Below are positions 26,100 to 38,868 of a stretch of 64,000 bases of DNA, one piece after another. Source of the DNA: Azolla caroliniana (lineage: Eukaryota; Plantae; Polypodiophyta); assembly GCA_043228905.1 (NCBI GenBank), contig JBHGNT010000003.1:13268001-13332000 (forward strand). The letters are read 5' to 3'. Within the stretch, counting starts at the first letter, position 1, and the number at the start of each line of letters is the position of its first letter. The notes beneath the pieces were generated by a model that saw only the letters and a program-made list of their open reading frames with translations, was not told the origin of the DNA and did no database searches. Position numbers and translations under genes: made by a program.

Positions 26100-27574
26100 A
26101 ATGAGATAGTAAAGAATATATTATGCATACATATATACCTACATTCAAACATTACATCCATGAATATATATGTACATACATTACACCCATTTATACATGC
26201 ATATTGACTAAACATAGATATATGTACAAATATATATTACCATATGTAAAAATGTACATATACATACGTACATACATTACATACTACATACATATTAGAA
26301 TAAGCCATATATATTGACATACATATATACATAATACATACATAAAAATGACATATTACATATATACATACACATTCTTACAAACATATTTTATATATTA
26401 TATATTACACACATATATTGTTATACACAATTTATACAAATGCATATATACATTCCAACACAAAAAAATAAATTACATATTATATACATACACATACATA
26501 AATTAATACATGAGATTACTTATTACATGTACATACAAATACAAACACGTTACACATATATGCATATATGCACATAAATAAATTAGAAATTGCATATCAT
26601 ATAATCCATATTTATTACACAATATACAAATTTACATACATAATTTACATATATAAATGTACATATATATAATTTACATATATATAGATACATCTGTATA
26701 GATATATTACATATATACATACATACACACACATTAGATATATGTATACTTACACATACATCGGATATATACATGCATATTATGTACGTATTAGAAACAT
26801 ACATCCATATATGAGCTATGTACATACAAAACATGAAAAATATCCCAAAAATATACATACATAAATACATTACATATATACGCATCCATACATTCGTACA
26901 CGTACATACATATCACCATATACACACACATATAGATACACGTACATTAGATATATACATATGTATTATGCACATATTACAAAGACATCCATGCACATTG
27001 AATCATGAATATGGACATATACATATATGCATACACATACATACATATCACCATATATATACGTACATATGCCTACAATGTTATAAGTTTTACAAACATA
27101 CATCCATACACATATATACATACATTACATACATGCATACACATACATATGTTACATATGTATATTACATAGACATACATATCATCACAAACTACAATGT
27201 ACATATATACATACATTACATACATGCATACACATACATATGTTACATATGTATATTACATAGACATACATATCATCACAAACTACAATGTACATATATA
27301 CATACATATTACGAACAAACATCCACACACACACGTATGCATGCATGTATGCATACACATACAAACATACATACATTACATATTACATATACACACATGT
27401 ACCTACATATATATGCACACTACAATAGTACGTATATGCATACACATACATACATAAATACATTACATATGCATGTATGCATACACATACATACATTGCA
27501 TATGCATATATGCATACACATATGTACATTCATACATGGACATACATGATATTCCTTTATACATTGCTACATAT

Positions 27575-27621
<47 letters not shown>

Positions 27622-28290
27622 ACACATAGATACATTATACATACTCACATGCCATACATACAATATATACAACACATGCAATTCAATACATACATACATA
27701 TACACATGCCATACATACAATGCATATATACAATAATGCATTTAATACAATACGATACAATGCAATACATATATGTACATACATGCATACACACATCCAT
27801 ATGTAGACACAACACATACATATATATGCATGCAATACAATACATGTGCATATTGTATATAGAACACATGCTATACATACAATACATACTTAAGCACATG
27901 TATAGAACATAAACACACACACATAACACATACATACAACCATGCAATACAAAACATACATATATATGCACATATATAGGACATACACACAAGCACATAA
28001 CACATACCCTACATACTCACATGCCATACAATATGTACATACATACACACATGCCATGCATACTGATACAATATATACAATACAATATGTACATGCATAC
28101 ATACATACAATACATACATATATATACACATGCACATATATACAACATACACACATGCCATAAATATAATACATATATATGCAATTGTATAGAGCATACA
28201 CATACATACACACAAAGAACATACATACATATCCATATGCATAAACACACACACTTGTATAGAACATACATACATAGTACATACACAAGC
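26100..28290. repeat. Low-complexity (CATA/TACA/CA)n tract with an internal ~91-bp duplication and a (CA)n run
   Basis: Alternating purine-pyrimidine sequence, G-poor on plus strand; duplicated unit at ~27120-27300; (CA)n at ~27578-27619. Confidence 0.9.
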
Positions 28291-28480
28291 TATAACGCTC
28301 TTTTTAAAATGCTAATTGTTTTAAAAAATGGGGGAAGAAAGGGGGGGGAGATTACATATGCGTTGTGTTTTAGCAAAAAAAAATGGGGGGGGAAAAGAAG
28401 AAATTGAGAGAGAGAGAGAGTGTGTGTGTGAGAGAGAGAGATGCCATCCTTCCCATTTCCCTCCACACAAAAAGGAAGCT

Positions 28481-28918
28481 ATGGCTGAAGGAGGAGAAGA
28501 TGTTCTTGTTGAGGCTGCTGCAGCCACATAATCAACACCTGCAGTCGGAGAGCCAATGGATATCCTAACTAGGCTACAACTTGTGCTTAAGAAGGCTCTA
28601 ACACACAACGGTATTGCAAGAGGGCTACATGAGGCAGCAAATGCTATTGAAAAACATGCAGCTGAGCTTTGTGTATTGGCTGAAGATTGCAACCAGCCTG
28701 ATTACATGAAACTTGTACAAGCACTTTGTTCAGAGCATAATATTAACTTGATCTCTGTTCCTAGTGCCAGGAAGCTCGGTGAATGGGTTGGGCTTTGCAA
28801 GATTGATTCAGCGGGGAATGCCAGGAAGGTTGTTGGTTGCTCATGTGTAGTTGTGAAGGATTATGGCGAGGAGACAGAGGGTCTCAATGTGATCTGGGAG
28901 TATTTGAAAAATCAGTGA
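28481..28918 (+). pseudogene. RPS12: Processed pseudogene of cytosolic 40S ribosomal protein S12 (eS12)
   Basis: MAEGGEDV..., [51 protein letters not shown]; intronless; in-frame TAA at 28529-28531; UTR-like flanks bounded by (GA)n. Confidence 0.9.
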
Positions 28919-29272
28919 TTTTGAGGCTGAATGGCTTTCATAGGTGGTTTAGGGTTTCCTACGTCGTGCCCATGCTCTTGGTACGTATCAAAATCCGCGG
29001 GTACCTTCGGTAGTTCCTGTTTTTCGGGTTTTTGTTTGGAGAGAACTGGACTATAGTGATGAGTTAGAGGAGGATGATGATGATGCAATGGATTCTTTTC
29101 TTCCTTTTATGCAATACTAGATTCCTTCTACTTAGTTTGGTTCACTTTAATGCATATACTTAAAACTAAAAGGTCATATTTTTATGGATCTTTTGATTCC
29201 TTTTGAAACTTAACATTAACACTCTTGTTGTTGTTTCATAATGAGATAATCTAATGTCAACCATTGATCATC

Positions 29273-29313
<41 letters not shown>

Positions 29314-32300
29314 CTACATGAGGTGACCTCTTCAAAGTGGCCTTCCACTAGCAAACAAGGATGTGCAAGATGAGCTACAATAAGGCGGGAGTTTGTTTTC
29401 ATCAGGATCTAGACCACTTTCTGAGGGTTCTTGGTTAAGTACCATATATATATAAGTTTTTAACCCTATTCGTATGTGTGTATGTGTATTTGCATATGCA
29501 TGCTTGTGTTTGTATGCATATATGAATGCATGCACACATGCATATGCAACATTCCCTCTTAATTTGTGTATTTGCTATTGTCATTTCACAAGCAAGAAGA
29601 GCTCTTTTGGTCTTGCGTAGCCTCATGCGGCTTCAAGAAGTGATTGACAACAGAGGGCGGATATTCCAATGACAATCGAACAAGAGTTTGTTGTGATCTT
29701 TTGTTTGCAACTATCGTTCTGATCTTCTTATTTTATTCATACAACATATTAACCTTTGGTTTCATATTGTTACTATATAGGTGCTCAACTTACTGAATGA
29801 GGGTGCTCGACAAAGAAGAGGTAAAAAATGTGTTTTCATGTGTGTAGGTTTGCAAATTTCAGATTAGGTGTTCTTAAATTGAAAGCTTTGCGGATTCTAC
29901 AACTTACTTACTCTATTTCTGTTGTAGAGAGATTAATGGCTATGGCTATGGAAGAGAAGATGTTTTATAGGTTAAAAGTATGATGTGTGAGTGGTTGCAT
30001 TGTAGCAACTTAGGGCTCAATGTTTCTTAGAGAAAAACTCAGTGTGTTGTTTCTAATATTGCAGTAACTTTATGTAGTAAGTTCTTGCTCAAGTTAAATG
30101 TTGTGAATTATTCTTAGATATCATATGATATTCTTGTTATGATATATGCTCTTTTAGATATATCGTTTTGCACTTCCATGAAGCCACAATATAAGCATTA
30201 TTATATAGACATGTTATAGAAGATGGAATGGAATGAAGATCGCCTTTAATGCTTAGTGCTTAGATGGTGATCCTTCTTTGGAATGAAGATGGTGTGAAGA
30301 CACATGCTCCACACTAACATACAAACAATTTTTTTTAAACAGAAATAAGGAAGAAAATATATTTAAAAAGTAGAAGCAAAAATTAATGTGTTGCAATTCA
30401 ACTCATATATAAATAAACATGAAATACAATACAATACATATGTACATAGATTGACCCATGCGTAATATACATGGTATTTGACATGTATATTTCATAGTAT
30501 ATTTGAACATGTATGATACTGGTATCAATGTGTTTTATAAAATCATTGAAAAAGTACTAAAATCAATCAAAATATTCCTTATCCTTCCACTTGTGAACGC
30601 GAACGTGTTAATAATAATAATAGATTTGGCTGATAGTCGAATCGGCCGAAGTCGACTTGAGGCCGGATTTGTAAATAGTCATATATGAAAATGAGTATAC
30701 ATAGACTTAGGGCAAGTAGTTAGGTATCATTATAATGATTGTTGTTGAAAAAGTTATTGTGTGTAGTTGCCTCTGTAACCAGAGTGTAAGTGAGAGAGAG
30801 TGTGAAAATTAGAAGTAACTCTGTTGTAACCATCTGTTAAACGAAGACGAGCTAAAATACATTGTAGCGGAAATCCAGGGGTACATGTAGGATCCGGGCG
30901 GGACCACTGGGGTCTTGGACCGAGGAGAGATGGGTTTCCAGAAGGTAGAGCTCTCTGTAGCCGGATATGCCGTCGAGACACCAACCAGAGCAGTTCCGAA
31001 TGCGACCTGGAGACAACCGATCTGGACGCATGTCGGAATACGACCAGAACGCGTAGAGGGAGAGCTCGCCCTTCATAGTCGTGTTTATAGAAGGCTGAAG
31101 GACTTAAGTATATATATTTATATGCATATTAATAAGTACGCGGACTACGGTCCAGTTCACCGTGCTCACATGCACACATATATACACTAGGAAGAGGAAA
31201 ACCCCAACACACCGAACCGAAAACCAACTCTTTGCACAAAAAACACACAGAGAAGTTTATATATATATTCATACAAGACAAAGAAATACAACTCCGACCT
31301 CGAGCCAAACTAAGGTAGATTAGGTTACAACAGCGGTCTACTGCCAAGCCGCCGATCGGGGAGCACTCGAGCTCATCGCGTCGAGCAGGGTGTTGCATAG
31401 GAGATAGAGCGGAAGCAAAAACCCCCTGAGTACATACGAGCTCCGAACCGGACCAAACCCTAAACAGACACGAAGACTCCACCCACACGAGGACGAAGAA
31501 GAAGAAGAAGACCTAGATTAACCCTAAAGAAAGTAAGTAAGAAAGTCATTCAGAAGACAAAGCTACCATACCTTGGACCTAAGTGGTATACCCCCAAAAC
31601 TCAAAATGGGCAACCCTTTTACAAGAGACCCTCCCTTCCTTTTATAGCCCAAGGAGGGAGAGACGTTACAATGTGGGATAAATCCCTTATTACATGGGAT
31701 TCTCTGTCCCAACTTAACTCCTATTTGGCATCATAAAGGCACCTCCATTATGTTACACGGGTATACAAGGGTGAGTGCTCACGCCGCACCTCGCCGATAT
31801 TCCCATTAGCGTCGGTTTTCTCACTATGGCCGTGAATCTCCACGACATCAGCCCCCACCAAACTGCACATCCACCGGTACGTGCCAAATCTGAAGAAGGG
31901 TGAGAGATTCCGGCCGTAGTGAGCAACCGGCCTTCGGTAATCCGCATCCCGGCTACCGTGTGGCCTTCGCTGGTCCAAACCGTCGGCTCCGGTTCCATCC
32001 TCGCACTAGCCTCTCCGTAGGCTCGATCGACCAGTCGACATGCCGTTTGCCGCGATCTTCTCTCGTATGCGTGCTCGTCCTGTGGCCCTTGATTGACCAT
32101 ATGCACGCTCCTCGCTTCCCCGAATACTGGTGTCCTCCACGTACGAGGAACACCTTGTAGTGGCCCCTTGGCCGCTTTCAACTAGCACCGCTCCAACCAG
32201 TTCGGTGCCTTCTACTTGTCGTCGTCCCCTCGCCCCCACCAGCTTGTTATCTCGGGCTTGGCTTGCCACGCCAGTCGTTTCCACTCAGACTAAGCCACTG

Positions 32301-33952
32301 AGATCTCTGAAGCAGGTGTGGAGGATCCTTCTCCGGCCTCTGATGTTGTTTCTGGCCACCGACCCGAGCAACCTATTTTGCCCCAGGTTTTCGTCCCGAC
32401 ACCTCCGTGCGCCATCTCGTTCCTTGTTCGGCACTACCTGTGCCAAACCGACCCATATCTGCGCCTTTACGTCGGCCTGCGATGGCCATACGCACGTCGT
32501 CCTATCCGCTCCCGGGTATGCCCTTTTCGGTTCGACATACCGCTCCCTGCTTGGGTGTCCTCGGTAGCTTTCCGTGCTACTACCCACGAAGGATCACCCT
32601 CGCCCGTTTCGGCCCGCTTGGCCTCCGTTGTCCTCGTGATGCCTTGGTTGCTCAATACCTATGTTGCTAGTGCCTTCATCCCCTTGCCGCCACTGTCAGC
32701 CTCTTGGTCTTACGTCGACCCTCGTGGCCGATGACCGAACTCTCTAGCCCAGTGTGGAGGATCCTTCTTGGGCCTCCCATCCGTTAGGCAATCGACTCGT
32801 GTACCAAGAGCGCTCGATCTTCGTCCTTCTGACCCGGCCGATCAGGTCTAGTTTCGGTATGTGGCCGCATCGTCGGCCTTATACCTCTTTTCGCTCTTCC
32901 AGACCTCTCGTAGGACCTCGCTCGCCTTCTGTTGCTATTGTTGCCTTCGTCCCCTTGTCCCCTCGCCGCCACCATCAGTCTCTTGGTCTTACGTCGGCTC
33001 CCGATGCTGAACGCCGAAGTCTCTAGATCCGGTGTGGAGGATCCTTCTTGGGCCTCCCGTCTTTCCCGACTCTATCTCGAGTCGTCCTTCTCCGCAAGTC
33101 GGGAGGGTGGCTCACTCCACACCCTCTCCCGTTGTCGAGGTTATCCTCGCGGACACGTAGAAGTCGGGCAAGACCACGGGGGTCTCAAACCAAGGAATCG
33201 AGAAAACGAGGAGGGAGGAGTTTGAGGACCGCGTAGGTCTTGAGACCACGGGAAAACAGGTAAGGCTAGTGAACGAGAGAGGGTAAGAGAGTCGTGCGAA
33301 GACGCAAACACGGGAAAGACACTGAGAACAACGTTTGTTAGGTAGAGAAGGTTTTTATTAAACAATACAGGTGCACGGTGCTGTGGGTGATTACAACTGG
33401 ATCAGAGCTGGCGATGGAGCGTAGAGCTTGGCAATAGCCAGACACGAAGGTACGTGGACACGCTGAAGGTCGATTCCCCGGTCGGGAGCACTCGGGCGTC
33501 TGACACATGCAGGGGGGGAAGCGCCTTCCGACGATCAGTCCTTACCCTCCTCTCTGTATCTCCTCTCCTCCCAAAAAAAATGGCATCCCCAAGACAGTTG
33601 AAGGTCGCCCCCTTTATAGCACAAGGAGCGACCGTTACAACCATTCATGACCCGTCGCTTTCCCTTCCTAGATTCTCTCCCCTGATTCGCTCCCCTCGTA
33701 ACTCTCCCTACATATGCGATGTCTATTTCTTCTTTAATGCCCTAACTGCCTAGTACCCCTCCGTATACTCATGCCTAGTACTTTCCCTATTTAATTCTCT
33801 CGAGGCGTGCATTCGCGTAAACTGGTGTTCCTGTGCGTTTCACCTTGCTTCTACCTATGGCTTGGAATCTTCACGATATCCACCCCCACTAAACCACACA
33901 TCGTCCGGTATGTGCTGGATAATGAATTTAGTGGAGGATTTCGGGCCATCAG

Positions 33953-36900
33953 TTACTTGTCCTCCTCTCCTAAACTGGTGTTTTCGGCTCCCGGGTCCGG
34001 TTCCTCCTCGTTCCGACTCTTGAAGGCTTTTATCCGCTTCCCGGCCACCGGAGTCGTTATTCGCGTCCCGTCGAGCTCCGCGAGATGATACGTGGCGTTA
34101 TCGTTGACGCTATTTACCACGTACGGCCCGAACCATCGCTTCGCGAACTTGTGCGTAGACCTATGCTGGTTGTCGAGGCTACTGTCGTAGACTAACACCC
34201 AGTCGCCTTCCTCAATCTTCCTTGGCCGGAGCTGGTGTGTTCGGTCGAATCGGGCTTTGTTTCGGATCCTTGCTTCTCTCACCCTCGTCGTGGCTCGTTC
34301 CATGTCTTCCGGTCTTTGCTCGAGTTTCCGGATTCATGCCACTAGCAACTCTTCTCTGCTCATTTCGCTAGCCCAATTGATCACTGCCCAGGAGGCGATC
34401 ATTCGCTCTACTAGCATGATGGGTTTCTGTCCGTACATTAGTTCTGTTGGCATGTACCCTGTCACCGAACTGTGGGTAGTCATGTCCACCTATAACGCGT
34501 ACGGGAGCAACCTCGGCCAGTCGCCGATGTACAATGGCCTTTACAATCAGACCGTGGCCCCATTCAATCTTTCCGTTTGCCTCCGGGTTGTACGCCATTG
34601 TGAGGGACAATTTTACACCTAACCGATCGAACAGTTCCTCGGCCTCTTCCTCGTCCAGATCTCCTCAGTCAGCTACGATTTTCCCCACGCACTCATATCA
34701 GCATATGACATCCTCGATCAGAAACTTGTATATGACCGCGGTGGTCTTGTTTGTTAGTGCTCGTCCCTCTACCTGGTTGGTTAGGTCCTCTCTAGCCAGC
34801 ACTAGGTATCCATTCTGACCTTCGCCCATCGGCATCGTAACTAGGTCAACCATCCATTTGAAGTGCACGGTCGGAGGATAAGTTGGGTGTAGTTCGTCGC
34901 GGTGTCAAACCACCGAGTGCATCTGGCAGCTTTCGCACGTGGACACGAAATCATGCACGCTCTTGTACATGCCTGGCCACCAATATTTTCCCTTTATCTT
35001 CTCGAATGTAGCCCATGTACCCCGGTGTCCAGACCAAGGGTTCTCGTGGAACTCCGATATCAGCTTTTGTTGGTCATCCGCCCATGCTATTACACGGAGC
35101 GGCGCGTCGTTTCGCCTTTTTGGGACCCTCCAGATTTTTCCGTTTCACAGGAAATATCGATATGCCTTCTTCCGGAGTTGTCCGGCCTCCTCCTTAGTCA
35201 TCATGGCGTCTGTCGTCATTGTCTCCAGAAATCTCCCGATTAGAAGCCACTCCCCGTCGTAGCCGTCTTCGTCGAACTCATTCATGGGCGGAGCGCTTCG
35301 CCCTTTTATCCTCATCCTTGTTGATTTGAAGAAGTCTGCGCCAACTTCTTCGCTCTCTAATACCATACCGTCCTCATCCTCAAATCTTGCTCTAGAAAGC
35401 ATATCGGCCATGGTGTTGTCTTTACCCGAGATGTGTCGTACCTCTGGGTTCAAGGACTTGATGTATGCAATCCACTTGAGCATGGCCAGGTCGGGAGTTG
35501 TGCATATGGAGACCATACCAAGAATCGGCAAGCAGTCCGTTTCGATAATTACTTCTGTCCCGATTAGGTAATCTTTGTCGACCTTAACCGCCAATACGAT
35601 ACCCCATAGCTCGCGCTTGACTTGGGCGTACCCTCGTTGTCGCTCACTCAGTACCTTCGCACCAAAACGGATAGGGAAGCGCATGCCATCTTTGTCCTCT
35701 TGATTTACGGCCCACCCGATCCCGGTCGGGCTGGTGTCCACAGTGATGTAGACCGGAGTTACCGGTGCATATTCCGCTTTGCGCAAAGCCGGTGCCGCAG
35801 TAAGCGTTCGTTTTAGTTTCCGCACCGCCTCTATATGTACCTTCGTCCATTCGAATTTCCTGTTCTTCTTCAGCAGGCCGTAGAGTGGTTCGGCAACGTG
35901 CGCGTAATGAGGGATCCATATGTGGTAGAAGGCGCATGCCCCCCAGAACCGCCGGACCTCTATGACAGATCCGCACTCCTCCATTGCCGAGATGGCCTCT
36001 ACCTTGGTCGGCGATGGCTTCCGGCCGTACGACCCACATAGGTGGCCAACCACTAATATCTCCGGTTGTCCGAAAGCCGACTTTTCTCCCGAGAAGGTAA
36101 GCCGTGCGCCCTCGAGCCTCTGTAGTATCTTCTCACAGTCGGAGATGTGGTCCGCGACAAACCTTCGGTACCCGTCCGCGCCGACTGACTCATCCTTAGC
36201 GTCTTCCGGACACCCCTTTATGGGGACATCATCTAGGAAAGGCATGGTGATTTCCGGGATGCAATCCCTTAGAACTCTATTCATTGCATTCACCATGTGT
36301 GCCACCGAGTTGGTTCCGCCTTCTGGTAGGGTACACATTCAAACTAGGCTGAGAGGGGTCCACATCGTCGTGATGTCCCTGCTTTCCACGGCGAGCTGGA
36401 ATTGGTCGTACCCCGAGTAAAGATCTTCGACCGAGTATATGGACCTTCCGGCAAAGGCTTCAACGAACTCGTCGATCGACGGCCCGACTCCCGTATTGCG
36501 GATGGTTACTTTGTTGACCGGTTGTAAGTCCTGGATAAACCGCAGCGTGCCGTTCTTCTTTGGTACCGTAAACCACCGGTTAGAATAGGGGGCACTCAAC
36601 GGTTCGAGGATGCCCAACTCCACTTTCTACTTAAGAAGATTCATCAGCATCGGCATGTGAGCTCTCAGTACTGGGATCAGCTTGAGACTCCATGGTATGT
36701 GTGTTATTGTAAAGATCACCATTGGCTCGATGATGGTCGGGTCGACGCACCCGATCTCTCCCGGTGAGAATGCGAAGGCCTTCCCGTGCCTCTCGAGCAT
36801 TTTTCTGAACCGGTCCTCTTCCGCCGGCAGTAGGAAGCTACCCCCACCGATCTTCAGCTCTCGTAGCGTTTTGTCGGTGAAACGGTGTCCTATGCCGGCC

Positions 36901-38083
36901 GGATTTCGTAGGCTCAGGTTGGTAGTGACCCCCTTTATTCGTCCCCAGCTGCCCTCCAGTAAGGGAGCCGCTACGAGCTTCACCTTCCGGTCCACAGTCT
37001 TGTATTTAGTGTCTACTTAGGCGATCCGATGCGCCCTGGTTCCTCTTTCGAAGTCTGCAATGACTTCATACATGTCGATCGAGTTGACCGGTATGACTTG
37101 GTCTTCGCTCAGACCTCCTTCGACTACCTTCTCGATTTCCCCCATGGTGTCATCGAACAAGACCGCCTCCACGGTTTCCCCAATTCCTTGGTCGTGGCTT
37201 AAGGCTCCGCACGCCTTCAAGCGTATCTTGGCCTATTTTCTTTCTCTACCGCTGATGCTGGCTATGGTACACCCTCCGTTGTTGGAGAACAAAACTTTCC
37301 TACCTATTTTACAGGTGTGGGGAGTTTCCCGGTTGTTCGGACTATCGTGGCCCCATGCCTTGATAGCCCTATCTAAAAATCCGGCTTATCATCACTTCCG
37401 AGGGTGTCCCAGTTTTGTTCGTGGTTCTTCCGAACGGTCAAAAATTGGACGGAGTGACGACCGTCCTGACTTTTTACCCTCGCATAGGCTGAACCATTGT
37501 CTAGCACTTTCGTCTCCATTCTAGCCGCCGTGATGTATGGTTCCCTGAGGATGACCAGGTGGGAGGACGTTTCTTGCACAAAAAAGTGTTGGTTTATGTC
37601 CACGTCTCCGATGCTCACCTTGACGTTCAGGCAGGTCCCGTGCAGCTCTTCCGTGGCTCTTGTTGCCACGCGTATTTTCCACCCGTGTTTGGTGTTGATC
37701 GGCCAATTTCCCTTTTTGTAGAAGTCCATGGACATTAGGTTAATTTCCGACCCGTGGTCGATTAATGCCACCACCGGTTCCTTGACATTCCCGATTCGAA
37801 CTGGGGTTTCTGTAGTAGCTCTTGCCCAGTGCGGCTTGGCATAGTGGCTTTCCACGAGCTCGTCTTCTGTGGAGATCTCGTTGAGGAGTGCCGCCCTCAC
37901 CTCAACCGGCTTCTCGGGCTCCAGTTCCGTCACGAGACGCTTTCTCTTCATGAGGTCCTCGATGTTGTCGTGGAACTCCCTTCTTGCTATACCGAGCACT
38001 TCCCTAACCGTGAGTTCTATGCGACTGTCGAGAACTCGCTCTTCTAGAACCTTTTGTAGGTTCGTTGTTTTCTCGATTTCCAT
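33953..38083 (-). pseudogene. Element G pol (protease, RT, RNase H, integrase), disrupted
   Basis: ALIDHGSEINLM; WFTVPKKNGTLRFIQDL; DLYSGYDQ; PFLDD; VDTSPTGIG; IETDC; YNPEANGKIE; WFGPYVV. Confidence 0.9.
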
Positions 38084-38540
38084 GCTTATGCGGAAGCTCG
38101 GAATCCTGCCCTTCTCCTTCTCCTAGGACCCGGTCGGAGTGACATTGTTCTTTTTGGGCGTGCTTTGGGTGTCATACCTCCCCGAAGGGCCCTCTCCCCT
38201 GGTTTTCCCCGCTCGTCTTTCGTCGATCAGGGCCTTGTAGTTCCCACACGCGGCTTCCACAAAGCCGGAGCTTTCTTCAACGGTGGAACGCTTCAACGGG
38301 GTCGTTCCACCCGGTAATTTCATGCACACGTTCTTCTGCACGCTCAGCTTCTCCCTTCTGCAACCTTCCTCCCGTCAAGGTCTCAAGAATAGCCGGCCAG
38401 AACCCAGGGTTTGAATCGGGTTTGGCCGCCTTTTCCCCTACTCGGATGCTGGCCGAAGCCGAATAGTGGATGGCTTCGACGTGCCGGGCCGCAGCCTCTT
38501 CATGCCACCTCCTCTGAAATTCGTGTCGAGCAGTCTTCGT

Positions 38541-38822
38541 TGTTACCCCGTACGAGATGTACGGAGAGTCAAGTGTGATGAGCGAGGGTTGAATGTGATC
38601 ATGATGTTGTTGTGTATGTGTAGGGGGCATAAATGTAATTGTGATCTATACGTATGTGAACACATGCACACGTGTGTGCATGTGGATGGATACGAGGAGG
38701 TGTGAGTGAGTGTCCAATATGAATGCTCGAGGGGGGTTACACCCCTATGTATCTACCCCCTCTTGTACTATTTAACCCCTTATGGGGAATGAATGAAACA
38801 TGAATGAACATTTCTGTCTTAA

Positions 38823-38868
<46 letters not shown>

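Noticed and set aside
26123-28407. His/Tyr/Ile/Cys-rich ORFs on both strands
   Set aside because: Translation artefacts of the CATA/CA low-complexity tract
29311-29323. 12-13 bp match (GGCTACATGAGG) to the RPS12 CDS at ~28623
   Set aside because: Too short to separate from chance and not positioned as a TSD
31748-33130. Dense overlapping ORFs suggesting a separate GC-rich gene
   Set aside because: Internal repetitive tail of element I between its PPT and insertion G; high GC explains the scarcity of stops
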